DNA of 64,000 nt from a virus (taxonomy: Duplodnaviria > Caudoviricetes): the IMG/VR virus record IMGVR_UViG_2778261398_000002, positions 1,338 through 65,337 of that record. One strand, given 5' to 3'. The position numbers were made by a program, and so were the translations under genes. This document shows positions 21,101 through 30,775 of the stretch, one piece after another. How positions within the stretch are numbered: the first letter of the stretch is position 1; every line of letters begins with the position of its first letter. A model generated the notes under the pieces. It was not told where the DNA came from, made no database searches, and saw only the letters and a list, made by a program, of their open reading frames with translations.

Positions 21101-22443
21101 TCAAGCGCACCAGGGAGTTTGATCCGCACGACCAAGGCATTGTGTCAGAGGCCACCGTGGACAACAAGTCTGTGGGTGCGACTACGTATCTGTCGGCCAA
21201 TCCCCAGATAGCCAACCTCCGGGGCGTTGTCAAGGTAGAGGACAAGGCCATCAACCCAACCACTGTGTTCAGTACCTCTGCACTGTTGTCAGTGGGCGTT
21301 GACCACGATGACCCAAAACGGATAAACTTCGTCAACATCCAGCAGTCCTCTGTTATCCCAGCAGATGGGTATCAGGTGTCGCCGGTTCGCACAGGGTACG
21401 AGCAGGTACTAGCACAGCGGACAGACGATCTATTCGCAACAGCCGCCAAGCAAGACGGTGAGGTTACTTCGGTGACCGCAGATGGGATCGTTGTCACGTA
21501 CGCTGATGGTTCGGTTCGCAGGATAGAACTCGGTAGACGCTTTGGCACAGTTGCTGGGGCCACGGTTCCACACACTGTTATCACTGACCTCAAGGAAGGT
21601 GACAAGGTTGTCAAGGGCGATATCCTGGCATTCAACACCGGGTATTTTGCACGAGACCCCATTAACCCAAAGACGGTTGCATGGAAGGCCGGTATCTTGG
21701 TCACCACGGCGTTTCTTGAGTCGCCGGATACATTGGAGGACTCCTGCGCCATCTCGGAGAAAGTAGCCGAGCAAATGACCACGCAAACCACCAAGATCAA
21801 GAACGTGGTTGTTAAGTTCGATCAAGTGATTCACAACCTGGTTAAGCCCGGGGTTAAGCTGGACCTCTCTAGTATTTTATGTACCATAGAGGACCCGGTC
21901 ACGGCCAATAGTGATCTGTTCGACGAAGACTCGCTGGACACGCTTAGGATGCTCAGTGCTCAAACTCCTCGAGCCAAGTTTGTAGGTACGGTGGAGCGCA
22001 TTGAGATCTATTACAACGGCGATAAAGAAGATATGTCGGAGTCTCTGAGAGAACTCTCCGTCAAATCGGATACCCAGATCCGTAAGCGCTATAAAGTACA
22101 AGGGCGTGGTAACAACGTGACTGGTCGCGTTGACAGCTCGATGCGGGTAGATGGTAATCCGTTGGAAAGTGATACGGCCGTCATCAAGGTCTACATCACA
22201 GCTTCTGTTCCAGCGGGCGTGGGCGACAAAGGCGTTTTCGGCAACCAGATGAAGACGGTTATCGGTCGAGTTATGACTGGTATCAACCGGACTGAATCCG
22301 GTGTGGACCTTGGGGCCATCTTCGGATGGAACAGTGTCACTGCACGTATCGTCGAATCGCCGGTCATTATCGGCACCACCAACACCGTACTCAAACTCGG
22401 CAGTCGCCGGGCCGTAGACATCTACAGAGGAAAGCAGCAATGA
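18109..22443 (+). CDS. virion RNA polymerase beta subunit, large fragment (phiKZ gp178-like)
   Basis: 1444 aa; GDKGVFGNQMKTVIG, FDPHDQGIVSEAT and SVGVDHDDPKR blocks are beta-like; synteny with beta' and protease. Confidence 0.9.
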   Translation: MFTTTPTISLEGMTLNSDVYYKRYGIRTEGRLMSPKFHPISTLTLPKSSVIHYVGEDDSDKGLDQTALILRDADRLMMIEHQVELATREGNPRPTYVNSGRLIREYSRVNRRIKLVKKLERSASDPMTLLIENYALLNHLYQYPTSYFASWYKWKNVQNTLWANVDRVCNVLDRDHYIYCQLPNTIPDIIDFRKAEKTHTRATLDAFGENGARNMLDIWTWLGANREMSCMSALQPKNFSKVNLIWVESGEWFVINLGLLNSWANGDVSLESIADVDPERITLSLESDEGDLLIQRYFLRMLTSLYEVRTNTVSSTSPIEETVVAEVSDELGIPEDEVKKADDINVVESKEPRKIEPKDIVPGMSRSQEIREEKIRGAAKVQSAVGEKSETAAKQPQPEDLRLLDQELSSPKKEVIEDAAQTENPLVKGIRVRAAKMVEDGMMSNAQYNRALAMAEKYKEIPNPFGEGTLAEYIEPKEGEIELEGDGALADISTVTDKSMLHNTLEEVSEGYRKKLLTKDIAACVMNVQKVGVAVTKFEVEPIQDALNDFNAYTVRLNPVSGSPSTIRAAIYDIKEDGTYIANGVKCRLRWQRGDMPVRKISPDSVALTSFYGKVFVRRSAKKVNAYGTWLCDNIVALANVEESAVSDIHVGRVWKHQDKVPRLLSMLAQRIRSVKIGNVSFNFDYTNRRDVFGEDSVSVESNGSVLVGKTRNGLVVITADNRLMLHSGDKVTELPALPIMAGFENPTGPLEVAEINIFRSKIPVGVVLGYRMGLSNLLAKLNIVPRRVPKGTRLNLEMNEFAVQFIDESLVFDRNNPMAMLMMSGFVNFKNVIRNYGSSVFDKQDVYFNLLDSQGMGIRHLREIDLMFPMFIDPITEGILRSRDEPTEMDDLVIYAMELLTTDWHPKEIDIRYMRLKGYERFAGAFYQELIKSLRAYNARSMSAGASIEMSPHAVRQAIDQDTSKILVEESNPVHNTKEKEALTFSGTGGRSIQTMVKRTREFDPHDQGIVSEATVDNKSVGATTYLSANPQIANLRGVVKVEDKAINPTTVFSTSALLSVGVDHDDPKRINFVNIQQSSVIPADGYQVSPVRTGYEQVLAQRTDDLFATAAKQDGEVTSVTADGIVVTYADGSVRRIELGRRFGTVAGATVPHTVITDLKEGDKVVKGDILAFNTGYFARDPINPKTVAWKAGILVTTAFLESPDTLEDSCAISEKVAEQMTTQTTKIKNVVVKFDQVIHNLVKPGVKLDLSSILCTIEDPVTANSDLFDEDSLDTLRMLSAQTPRAKFVGTVERIEIYYNGDKEDMSESLRELSVKSDTQIRKRYKVQGRGNNVTGRVDSSMRVDGNPLESDTAVIKVYITASVPAGVGDKGVFGNQMKTVIGRVMTGINRTESGVDLGAIFGWNSVTARIVESPVIIGTTNTVLKLGSRRAVDIYRGKQQ

Positions 22444-22643
22444 AATACAACCACAAACCCATGTTAGTGACGCTGGCTAACGCCACCGAGCTCACGGCCC
22501 GGGTCATCGCCGACGTTGTTGGGGGAGACCTGGCGAGCGAAGTGGGCGATGAGCCGGTGACTTCCGAGTCGATGTGCGGCGTCATCACTGCGAAGTTGCA
22601 AAACAACATCGCCAACTCCAACAAGCAAGGGGGTATCCAGTAA
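22440..22643 (+). CDS. small probable head protein (SPN3US gp242-like)
   Basis: 67 aa, ATGA and TAATG overlaps on both sides. Confidence 0.6.
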   Translation: MKYNHKPMLVTLANATELTARVIADVVGGDLASEVGDEPVTSESMCGVITAKLQNNIANSNKQGGIQ

Positions 22644-24070
22644 TGCTCAGCAACGTTAGCACTGGAGAGGCTTATCTCCTGACAGAAAATCTGCTCGCCA
22701 AAGGCATTACCGTAGCACCGCTGGTTGGCAGCCCGCTGGAAACGCTGTGTCAGGAAAGTACCGATGGCATCAACGTAGTTGGTGGCGAAAACGTCTACGC
22801 TGACAACGTCGTTGAAGAAAGTCGCTACGTGGACGCCGCTGGAACAGCGATTCACGAAGCAGTCATGCAGGACATGGTTAAGAACGTGTCCAACGTGGTT
22901 CGCAAGACCATTTACGTTGCCAAGAACGTCGTTAACCCGGCGCTCAAGTCCGTACTGGAGAAGTACGAAGCACGGGTCGCAGACAGCACTCACGCTAGCT
23001 CCAACGTCATGTCGGTTGTTCCCGACAACCTGTCGAAGGTGTGGTCGAACCCGACCGTGCTGGGCATGATCGAACCGTACACCAACGTGGCGATCAAGAA
23101 ACTGACTCTGGACCTGCGCTTCCCGGTTCTCGAGCCGGAAGAACTGATGGATCTCGTGCTGACCGGTAGCGACTCGTTTGATCGCGAGATCAAGAAGTTC
23201 ATCGAAGAAGTCGGCCCAGAGGTTCTGATGTCGACGTACGACAGCGTCTATCGTCTCACTGGCTCTCTCAACGAATCCACCTCGCTGCTGTCCGGTGACA
23301 CGCAGGCCGACCGTGCTCGAGTTCTCCTGACACACGTGCTGGCCCGCAAGCTGATCAACTCTCCGCCCGAAAGCATGAACATCGGCCTGGGTGAGTATCG
23401 CGAATACGTGGCCAAGCTGCAAGAGCAGTCTGGTCGTGCGGCGATTCGCATCATCGAACGCTATGAGCTGGCCGTGGCCCGTAAGTCGCTGGTCATCTCG
23501 TATCCGTACGGTACGCTTTCCCTGTTGAACGCGGACTCTGGTGTCGTTCTCGTTAACGGTCAGGTCTACAAGCAATGGCTGAAGGATGGTGGCTGTCCTG
23601 AGATGTTGTTCGGTGCTGCTCTGACCGACCGGTTGACCGATGGTGGCGCTATCTTGGCTGATGGCGAGCGCTACGTGAAAGCGTACGAGCGCGAGAAGGC
23701 CATGTTGAATACCCAGCTGCGACTGGACTCCATCAACATCCAAACCGACGCCATGTTGACTGCGCTCACCGAGCACATCAACGAGATGTCCGAAGAGGAC
23801 ACCCCGAAGACCAAAGCCGAGTGCCACCGGGCACTGGCTGACAAGCGTTCAATGATCACCGCCGTCACACTGAAAGAACCAGCCCTGTTGGCCCGTAAGC
23901 TGCTGACCTGTGTCGTCTACGACCACACTGATGCCGAAGCCCTGCTGAGCGCCATCGACAACGTGTGCGAGGCCAACAAAGACATCTCGATGGAAGAAGC
24001 CGCTACCTTGGGCACCATCGAGTATGTTGCTCACTGGGTATCTACCAACATCGTAGCATCCTATCTGTAG
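22643..24070 (+). CDS. virion head/ejection protein (phiKZ gp177-like)
   Basis: 475 aa from ATG 22643; position between vRNAP beta and the protease cluster. Confidence 0.7.
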   Translation: MLSNVSTGEAYLLTENLLAKGITVAPLVGSPLETLCQESTDGINVVGGENVYADNVVEESRYVDAAGTAIHEAVMQDMVKNVSNVVRKTIYVAKNVVNPALKSVLEKYEARVADSTHASSNVMSVVPDNLSKVWSNPTVLGMIEPYTNVAIKKLTLDLRFPVLEPEELMDLVLTGSDSFDREIKKFIEEVGPEVLMSTYDSVYRLTGSLNESTSLLSGDTQADRARVLLTHVLARKLINSPPESMNIGLGEYREYVAKLQEQSGRAAIRIIERYELAVARKSLVISYPYGTLSLLNADSGVVLVNGQVYKQWLKDGGCPEMLFGAALTDRLTDGGAILADGERYVKAYEREKAMLNTQLRLDSINIQTDAMLTALTEHINEMSEEDTPKTKAECHRALADKRSMITAVTLKEPALLARKLLTCVVYDHTDAEALLSAIDNVCEANKDISMEEAATLGTIEYVAHWVSTNIVASYL

Positions 24071-24081
24071 GGGTATAAGGG

Positions 24082-24810
24082 ATGATGGACTTTTCAACGT
24101 TGACGAGGGACGCCAGTAAGATCCATGGCGCCTTGAAGGAAATGAAGGATGGGTCCGTTGTCGCTTTGGAACCCGTCAAGATATACATACCGGTTCGCTT
24201 CTCAGAGTCAGGCCTGGCTCACGTCGACGACGAAGTGTCAACCGTGGCGATCTTCGGCATCACCGTGCAGGATAAGTACCTAGGTGTCTCCTGTACGGTT
24301 TCTAACATTCGACTAGACCCCAGCTCCATTGGGGTCGTTGAATGTGAGGACGGCGATTACCACGAATTCTCGTTCGAGACCGGTGCAACCGTGTTTGTTT
24401 ATACCGACTTGGTTCAGGTCGATACATTGCCTTATTCGATCTCCAGCGAATTCATCGACAAAGGTAAGGTTCCGTCCTACCTGACGTACGATGACACCGT
24501 AAAGCTGTTCGATACGTCCGGGGATTTCACAGGGATGACCGTTGGGGCCAACCATGCGTTGGCCGAGATGGTTTGCTCGGTTATCTTCAGACAGCAAGAC
24601 GACCTCGGTAAGTACTATCGCAAAATTGCCGAAGAACCCGGTTCCAAGCGTGTCCCAGCGCCAGCAGTGGTACCCAACCGCAGCGTGGCATGGGGTGCAA
24701 CCAATACAACGGCTAAGCTCACTGGAGCTTATTTCAGCGAGGGCTTGACATCTGCCCTGATCAATCCGTCGGAGCGGTCAGAGCAGATCGAAGAGCTACT
24801 TCGCCGCTAA
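24082..24810 (+). CDS. probable virion RNAP beta' C-terminal subunit (phiKZ gp176 / SPN3US gp244-like)
   Basis: C-terminal GATNTTAKLTGAYFSEGLTSAL..IEELLR; conserved position immediately before the protease. Confidence 0.65.
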   Translation: MMDFSTLTRDASKIHGALKEMKDGSVVALEPVKIYIPVRFSESGLAHVDDEVSTVAIFGITVQDKYLGVSCTVSNIRLDPSSIGVVECEDGDYHEFSFETGATVFVYTDLVQVDTLPYSISSEFIDKGKVPSYLTYDDTVKLFDTSGDFTGMTVGANHALAEMVCSVIFRQQDDLGKYYRKIAEEPGSKRVPAPAVVPNRSVAWGATNTTAKLTGAYFSEGLTSALINPSERSEQIEELLRR

Positions 24811-24821
24811 AGGAGTTGAGA

Positions 24822-25574
24822 ATGTCTCAGCGTGCAACGTTTGCCTGTACTGCACTTTTGCAGACTGGTAAGAAAGGAATACTCAAACCGGATGACGAAG
24901 GGTATTATCCGGTTGTTCTCGGTGCGTACGATGTCTGTAACAGCGCCGGTGCTCTCTACCCACTGCAACCAGCTCTGGATGTCTTTAAGTCATCCGGTCC
25001 TTTGATGCGACGTATCTCACGTGGCGCCTGTCGCGGCGAGTACGGTCATCCGAAACGCCTGCCCGGCATGACGGATCGCGAGTTCCTTCATCGTGTAATG
25101 CAGATCTACGAAGAGCGGGTCTGTTTCCACATTCGTGACGTAACTTTGGACTCGGGCACTGTTAAAGACGAGAACGGTCGTCCGGTAACGGTCGTGTGCG
25201 CCTCTATCAAGCCCTGTGGGCCTCTTGGGCATCTTCTTGAGGCTAGCCTAAAGAATCCCAACGAAAACGTCGCCTTCAGCGTTAGAGCGCTTACTGACGA
25301 CTTCATGGAACGGGGTCAGCTTATTAAGCACACGCGTTCTATCGTCACGTGGGACTATGTGAACGAACCTGGGTTGGCTCAAGCCACCAAGTACAACTCA
25401 CCCGCGCTGGAGTCGGCAGAAGAAGTTCTCTTCACGCGTCAGCAGGTAGAGTCGCTGGTTGAGCGTCAGTCGGTCGGTGCCTCTATGGAGAGCTTCTACT
25501 CTCCGAGTGACATTGTGCGCGACATGGGTTGGAACGAACCCAAACGACAACTGCCCGGTTCCATGAACTGGTAA
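24822..25574 (+). CDS. prohead (head maturation) protease (phiKZ gp175-like)
   Basis: YPVVLGAYD..NSAGALY, RGEYGHP, AFSVRA and TWDYVNEPG motifs of T4 gp21-type serine proteases; AGGAG RBS. Confidence 0.9.
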   Translation: MSQRATFACTALLQTGKKGILKPDDEGYYPVVLGAYDVCNSAGALYPLQPALDVFKSSGPLMRRISRGACRGEYGHPKRLPGMTDREFLHRVMQIYEERVCFHIRDVTLDSGTVKDENGRPVTVVCASIKPCGPLGHLLEASLKNPNENVAFSVRALTDDFMERGQLIKHTRSIVTWDYVNEPGLAQATKYNSPALESAEEVLFTRQQVESLVERQSVGASMESFYSPSDIVRDMGWNEPKRQLPGSMNW

Positions 25575-25588
25575 AGATCGTTGGTCAG

Positions 25589-25620
25589 AAAAGGCTAGCC
25601 CGTCGGCTAGCCTTTTTATT
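25589..25620 (+). terminator. intrinsic terminator
   Basis: AAAAGGCTAGCC-CGTC-GGCTAGCCTTTTT. Confidence 0.9.
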
Positions 25621-25648
25621 CGCCAGGTGGCTAGTCGATCTAAATCTT

Positions 25649-25665
25649 TTTCACCCACACATCAT
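25649..25665 (+). promoter_or_regulatory. putative early promoter
   Basis: TTTCACCCACACATCAT followed by TAAAGTG, the same extension as the 4328 copy. Confidence 0.6.
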
Positions 25666-25826
25666 TAAAGTGCATTAGTCAAGCAGTTCGATTCGGTATA
25701 AAAAATTACATCGAGAACTGTAGCTATGAACCCCGATGTGTATTGCCGGTGCAAATGATGCTAGCTAACCCCGCACAATACCGTTGGTTAATCGCAGTAA
25801 ACTTCAATAAGCAAGGAAAGAAAGAC

Positions 25827-26294
25827 ATGTCTGATATCAACCCCGTTGTACTGTCCCTGGCCGAAATCCTGAAGAAATCCGCCAAGCTCGATCCCGAGAC
25901 CGGTGTCATCGTTGCCGACGAAGGCGCGTTCGAGAAGACCCTCGAAGGCACTGACCTGACCATGGATCTGTACAAGCAGATCGCAGCGCACAACGCCAAC
26001 ATCGCCGCCGCTACCGGCCACGTGACTGCCGACGTCGGCCTGGCTGCCATGAAAGCCGACAAGACCCTGAACAAGGTATCCTTCGAACTGCCGATTCTTC
26101 AGGACTCCGTGTCCCATACTTTCACTCGTGAAAAAGAAGTCCTGGGCGGCGCGCCGGGCAGTACCGATCGCGAAACCAAGAAAGTGTACGGCCAACTGTC
26201 CAGCCGCTGGTCCGTGTACGCCTCTGGCCCGCGTGGCCAGCTGAAGAAAGTCAAGGCGCACTTCGCTGCCCTGGCTGAAGAAGCACTGGGTTAA
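25827..26294 (+). CDS. hypothetical protein, probably highly expressed
   Basis: 155 aa, AAGGA RBS, strong bias to C/G-ending codons, own promoter and terminator. Confidence 0.8.
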   Translation: MSDINPVVLSLAEILKKSAKLDPETGVIVADEGAFEKTLEGTDLTMDLYKQIAAHNANIAAATGHVTADVGLAAMKADKTLNKVSFELPILQDSVSHTFTREKEVLGGAPGSTDRETKKVYGQLSSRWSVYASGPRGQLKKVKAHFAALAEEALG

Positions 26295-26317
26295 TCAGAC
26301 TCCAGTTGTTTATTGAT

Positions 26318-26349
26318 AAACGGGGCCTTCGGGTCCCGTTTATTTTTTT
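26318..26349 (+). terminator. intrinsic terminator
   Basis: AAACGGGGCC-TTCG-GGTCCCGTTT then T-run. Confidence 0.9.
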
Positions 26350-26411
26350 GTCTTGTCGTGGCGGAAAAGGGCCACCGGCCACAATGTATGAAAGTCCTTG
26401 CGAGGTAAATC

Positions 26412-26786
26412 ATGCAACTCTATACCGTACAACTGGGTCAATGGCGTCTCGTCCCACCCGATGTTGAACTGGTGGACACCACAGTCAAGTCAGGCGCCAA
26501 ATTCCTTGCTCCTACGTGGGACATGGTCATGGGTGTGAAGGACGGCTCGTTAACTGAAGAACAGTACACTGTTCAGTATTACGCTATGATGCGTGAAAGT
26601 TATCGTCGTAACAAAGAACAGTTCTTGGCGTTGCTGGGTAAGCCCGCTGTTGCCTTGGGTTGTTACTGTAAACCCGGAGACTTCTGTCACCGTCTGTTGT
26701 TGATTGATATCCTGAAAAGGATCGCAATAGTCAACGATATACATTTTGAATACGTGGAAGAAATAAAGTCGGCCATCGGAGACTAG
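26412..26786 (+). CDS. DUF488/DUF4326-like protein
   Basis: FLAPTWDMV and VALGCYCKPGDFCHRLLL motifs. Confidence 0.7.
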   Translation: MQLYTVQLGQWRLVPPDVELVDTTVKSGAKFLAPTWDMVMGVKDGSLTEEQYTVQYYAMMRESYRRNKEQFLALLGKPAVALGCYCKPGDFCHRLLLIDILKRIAIVNDIHFEYVEEIKSAIGD

Positions 26787-26787
26787 G

Positions 26788-27369
26788 ATGACGCCAAATC
26801 GCTTGCTGTGCTTGTTGTCGGACCAATTCATGAACGATGCGTTCTGGTGGCCCATTGAGGTCATGCGTATGAAGTACCCTTCTCTTGATCTTGATCAGCG
26901 AGTTCTGGATGAAGTTAAGTACCTCTTGCGATTAGACAAACTCGTTGCTGAAGACGGTAATACCGGATACATCGTCCAGAGACAACCGTATTACGTAGCG
27001 GTCTATGCGTGGCTTGCCGGTAACCCTGACGTACTCAGTTTAGGAGAGGCGTTGGAGAAGTACAAGGAATGGTCAGCACCGATACAAGAGAGACGTAGAA
27101 CCGATCCTCCAAAGCACCATATGTTCGAGTACATCTACCATTGTTTCTACAACAGACACCACGGTCCTGTCTGCACTCCACCGGTGTCAGAATCGCCCCT
27201 GGCGAGTTTCATTGAGGAACTCAAAACCCCTGATATTTATGAGGGGTATCGCGCGTGGCTGGCCCAATTGGGCTACACGTGGGAACAGGGGGGGTTTGCC
27301 GTAGACAGTTACTTCAATAGCGTCTGGACAACCCTGTATAACCATGGAGGAGCTGAGGGGGTGACATGA
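26788..27369 (+). CDS. hypothetical protein
   Basis: 193-aa ORF in the operon. Confidence 0.65.
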   Translation: MTPNRLLCLLSDQFMNDAFWWPIEVMRMKYPSLDLDQRVLDEVKYLLRLDKLVAEDGNTGYIVQRQPYYVAVYAWLAGNPDVLSLGEALEKYKEWSAPIQERRRTDPPKHHMFEYIYHCFYNRHHGPVCTPPVSESPLASFIEELKTPDIYEGYRAWLAQLGYTWEQGGFAVDSYFNSVWTTLYNHGGAEGVT

Positions 27370-27599
27370 TTGGACATGTTGGCATGGGACTCAACTCGGG
27401 TCTCAGGGTAGTTCTTGGTGACGAAGACGATTTTACACGCAGACAAGATCGCTTCCACGGAAAGATGGTGGTGATCATCAAGCAACGGACCCGGTCATTG
27501 GAGTCGGTTGTTTATTATGGGTTGGAACGCCTCGATGGAAAGAATTACCGAAAGGTAGAACACGACATCGACGAGAACACCCTTAAAAAGATTCGTTAA
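27366..27599 (+). CDS. small hypothetical protein (beta-rich, SH3/KOW-like pattern)
   Basis: 77 aa, ATGA overlap, GAGGGGG RBS. Confidence 0.6.
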   Translation: MIGHVGMGLNSGLRVVLGDEDDFTRRQDRFHGKMVVIIKQRTRSLESVVYYGLERLDGKNYRKVEHDIDENTLKKIR

Positions 27600-27656
27600 C
27601 GCATCCGGATGCATTACATGACCCGACCGAGATTGTTCGCGATTGATGTCAAGATT

Positions 27657-27687
27657 TGAGGGCTTCGGCCCTCACTGTTTTTTTTTT
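27657..27687 (+). terminator. intrinsic terminator
   Basis: TGAGGGC-TTCG-GCCCTCA plus T10. Confidence 0.9.
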
Positions 27688-27691
27688 GCAC

Positions 27692-27732
27692 AAAAAAGCG
27701 CATAAAGGCGGAGTCCCGAAGGACTCCGCTTA
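27692..27732 (-). terminator. intrinsic terminator of the sheath-tube operon
   Basis: GCGGAGTCC-CGAA-GGACTCCGC with A-rich flank. Confidence 0.85.
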
Positions 27733-27750
27733 TGCCGGTTGACCGAATGG

Positions 27751-28608
27751 TTACCGAACAGCAGTACGAGAAGCGTTGGCCAACTGGTTGGTGTAGCTCT
27801 CGGACGAGGTGTCAACGCTGGAATCAACGTTGTCGTACATTGCCGGACGCAGCGACGGGTTAACGTGAGTCAGGATCAACTCATTAACCAACTGCTGGGC
27901 CAGCATGTCAACGCCTTCACCGACTTGAGTGGTAGCGGAGAACTCGATGTTGTAATCGATGGTTTCGCCAGAACCGGTCAGGTCACGACGACCGGTTTTC
28001 TCACCGCCACTGTTCGGCATCATGTTGGTAGTCAACCAAGCGGTCTGAACCCGAGTATGAGTCGGGTCCAGTTCGATGAAGATCATCGTCGCTGCCTGGT
28101 AATCGGGCAGCAAGTCGCTGGTGGTGGACAGACCAGTGGAGACAACGCCGGGAACCTTGGAGTTCGGGTCCATCATCAACATCGTGATCCAGTACTCCAG
28201 GAACGCGTTGATGGGCTTACCGTACTTCTCAGTCCAGACGAATGTCGGTGCGGTACGAGCACGGGTGACGTTGCCGACACCTTGATGCATTTCGCCAGCG
28301 CCACCGAAGGGCGTTTCAGTGAACTCAACGTCCAGCGTCGATTGAATCCCCTCGATCGAACGAGGATGGAGTTCAACCAGCGCTTTCAGCTGAGCGGCCA
28401 GCTTGCCGGTCGGATCGAGATCTGCAAAGCCTTTCGGCGCGTCCAGGAGGATACAGATCAGGTTCGGTTTGATGTGAGGCGTGTTGCTCACAAAGGTCGG
28501 CATGTCGGGTTGGAAACCCATCTGACCGCCCTTCTGGATATCCAGCATCGGCGTGTTTTTATTCACGCTATACGTGGAACCCTGGAAAATCGCGTCTTTT
28601 GGTCTCAT
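27751..28608 (-). CDS. tail tube protein (phiKZ gp30-like)
   Basis: 285 aa, translationally coupled downstream of the sheath gene. Confidence 0.8.
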   Translation of the reverse strand: MRPKDAIFQGSTYSVNKNTPMLDIQKGGQMGFQPDMPTFVSNTPHIKPNLICILLDAPKGFADLDPTGKLAAQLKALVELHPRSIEGIQSTLDVEFTETPFGGAGEMHQGVGNVTRARTAPTFVWTEKYGKPINAFLEYWITMLMMDPNSKVPGVVSTGLSTTSDLLPDYQAATMIFIELDPTHTRVQTAWLTTNMMPNSGGEKTGRRDLTGSGETIDYNIEFSATTQVGEGVDMLAQQLVNELILTHVNPSLRPAMYDNVDSSVDTSSESYTNQLANASRTAVR

Positions 28609-30650
28609 CCTTCATAATCCTCAAGTCGGCGGGCTACGATGGTGTAGGTACCAACAGTGCGCATGTTGTTACCGTACAGGTTGACCTTACAGGACCAGCT
28701 ATAGCCGCGTTGTTCGTCAGCATCGGTCATGAAGGTATCGGGCTCAATGATGAACCGGTTGGCGAAGCGAGAAGCCGCCGCACGCTGCTCAATCAAGCGG
28801 TTGGACTTGTCGATGAACTGACGGACAGTCAGGGAACTATCGCCAGTCAGGTCGCGCCATGTGCGTTGACAAACCTTCTCCAGCTCGGCCAGCGCGAATG
28901 CGGTGATCAGCGAGTTCAGGATGGAGGTGTCGTCGCTATAGACGGTTTGAATGCCCGGGTAGAACAGAGAGCGACGATCGTACGACGCTACCCACACCAG
29001 GCCGTTCGCCCAATCCTTGTTACGGATAGAGGTGGACTTGTAGGTGGAGTTCACCGTGTTCACATTGAAGCGAGTCACGATGTTGGCCGGAGACACATCG
29101 AAGGCTTTGTCCGCTTTCCAGACACCGTTGCTGGCGCCCATGAACTCAGCTACCTTGGCAGCCAGGTCAATCGTCAGCGGCAGGTTGCCCTTGAACTTGG
29201 TGTTCAGCATGCGACCACCGTGTCCAACAACCGCAGCACGACAAACGCCGGTGCCGTAGTATTCGGATTCGGGGAACATGGCCGCCGCAGTGCGCAGAGC
29301 GATCGCGACACTGGACTCTTCGGCAGTGGTGTTCAGGGGCTTGTTAGCCTCTTGAGTACCAACGATGGTGATGATGTCCTTGCGAACACCCATCGGAACG
29401 AAGAGCTTCTTCTTGGTTTCCAGCGGAAAGCCCGAGTCCCAGATAGCGGACTGTGGCCACATGGCTTCGTCCAGGAACTTGTTTTCCAGCTCGCCGTAGT
29501 TCTCGCACTCGTTACCAACGCGCTCGGCGAAGTCTTCGTCGTTCATCACACCGTCAGAACCACCGGTAGCGTAGTGGGTGGTGCCAGAGGTGAACAGCAG
29601 GCCGCCGTTGGACGGACCTTCAACAACGTACGAGTAGTGCGGACGACCCAGGTAGTCAACGCCAGACAGCAGGTTGATCATGTGCTTGTCGCCGTCTTCC
29701 CACTGGTCGAAAACGTCCTCGGACGCAAACAGCATGTCCAGGATGGTATCGACGTTCTGGTGATAGACGAAGAACTGGCCGATGTCACCGTAGACCGGAG
29801 TAACCGCATCTTCATCGTTCCACGCGGTCGGGAACAGCTCGTCAACAAACAGGTCTGTTTCCAGACGCGGGTTGATCGCGCCTTCCATCAGGGAGAATTC
29901 CAGATACTGACCACCAGACTGGGTCTCGTTGATGTTGGGCAGAGAGTCGACACTGGGCTTCAGTACAGACTGGAGGCGATACAGGTTGGTGCGCTGAGCT
30001 TCGACCAGGTCTTCGTCGACAGGAATGGAAGAACGAGCAGTTGCGCAGTAGAAGCGAATGCCGGACAGATCGCCCCATTTACCGAAGCTGGACATCGGGA
30101 TGTCGAACATCGGATACAGTTGAGACTGTTCGCCGCCATTGGTCTGAGAACCAGCAACAACTTCAGCACTACCAACGTCGCCAGTTACGACGCCAGCGAC
30201 CCATTTACCGATATAGCCAGGAGTGGTGTCGCCGGTAGGAATGGGGAGACCGGCCTGGTCCAGGCGATAGGTGCCGTCAGTGTTGCGTTCGTACACCGGA
30301 ACATCAGTAGGCAGCAGATCCAGAGACAGACGAATTGACGCAGTTGCTGCGCCGACCGCCGGCTTGATGCGCTGGACGATGGCCAGGTTGCCGTATTCAT
30401 TGAATACGTTTGCCAGAACAGTCTGGTGGTTGGCGTATGCTTCGGAATAATCGAAGCTCTTGGCCCCGTACATCCGGGTCCGTGCCGCGCCCGCTACCAG
30501 CTGAGGGGTGGAAGGACCGCGCTCGGTGTACAGGAAAACGTGGGGCAGGTGCGTCGGTAGCGCGATGGGATCATAGACCGGTGGCCGGCCCGACAGATCC
30601 TGACCGCCCAGCAAGCGATATTGCGGTGAGGCATTGATGATCGGGGTCAT
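28605..30650 (-). CDS. tail sheath protein (phiKZ gp29-like)
   Basis: 681 aa from ATG 30650 (GGAG RBS); PTHLPHVFLYTERGP N-terminus, WDSGFPLETK, and sheath-type C-terminus ending IVARR. Confidence 0.85.
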   Translation of the reverse strand: MTPIINASPQYRLLGGQDLSGRPPVYDPIALPTHLPHVFLYTERGPSTPQLVAGAARTRMYGAKSFDYSEAYANHQTVLANVFNEYGNLAIVQRIKPAVGAATASIRLSLDLLPTDVPVYERNTDGTYRLDQAGLPIPTGDTTPGYIGKWVAGVVTGDVGSAEVVAGSQTNGGEQSQLYPMFDIPMSSFGKWGDLSGIRFYCATARSSIPVDEDLVEAQRTNLYRLQSVLKPSVDSLPNINETQSGGQYLEFSLMEGAINPRLETDLFVDELFPTAWNDEDAVTPVYGDIGQFFVYHQNVDTILDMLFASEDVFDQWEDGDKHMINLLSGVDYLGRPHYSYVVEGPSNGGLLFTSGTTHYATGGSDGVMNDEDFAERVGNECENYGELENKFLDEAMWPQSAIWDSGFPLETKKKLFVPMGVRKDIITIVGTQEANKPLNTTAEESSVAIALRTAAAMFPESEYYGTGVCRAAVVGHGGRMLNTKFKGNLPLTIDLAAKVAEFMGASNGVWKADKAFDVSPANIVTRFNVNTVNSTYKSTSIRNKDWANGLVWVASYDRRSLFYPGIQTVYSDDTSILNSLITAFALAELEKVCQRTWRDLTGDSSLTVRQFIDKSNRLIEQRAAASRFANRFIIEPDTFMTDADEQRGYSWSCKVNLYGNNMRTVGTYTIVARRLEDYEG

Positions 30651-30775
30651 CGTGGACTCCTGTGACTTAATGGTATAGTTCAAGTAGCGATGTAGCACAT
30701 CATATTAATTGGTTACATGACTGCGCGTAGACTACCCAGTGGATTCATCAGATAATTGCGAAAGAGGAAGGCTTG

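Noticed and set aside
22391-23827. Long antisense ORFs (also 19201-20289, 27739-28617, 28599-30338, 39138-39923, 61223-63070)
   Set aside because: They shadow well-supported, codon-biased genes on the opposite strand, lack an RBS and have unnatural composition; this is an expected by-product of C/G-ending codon bias.
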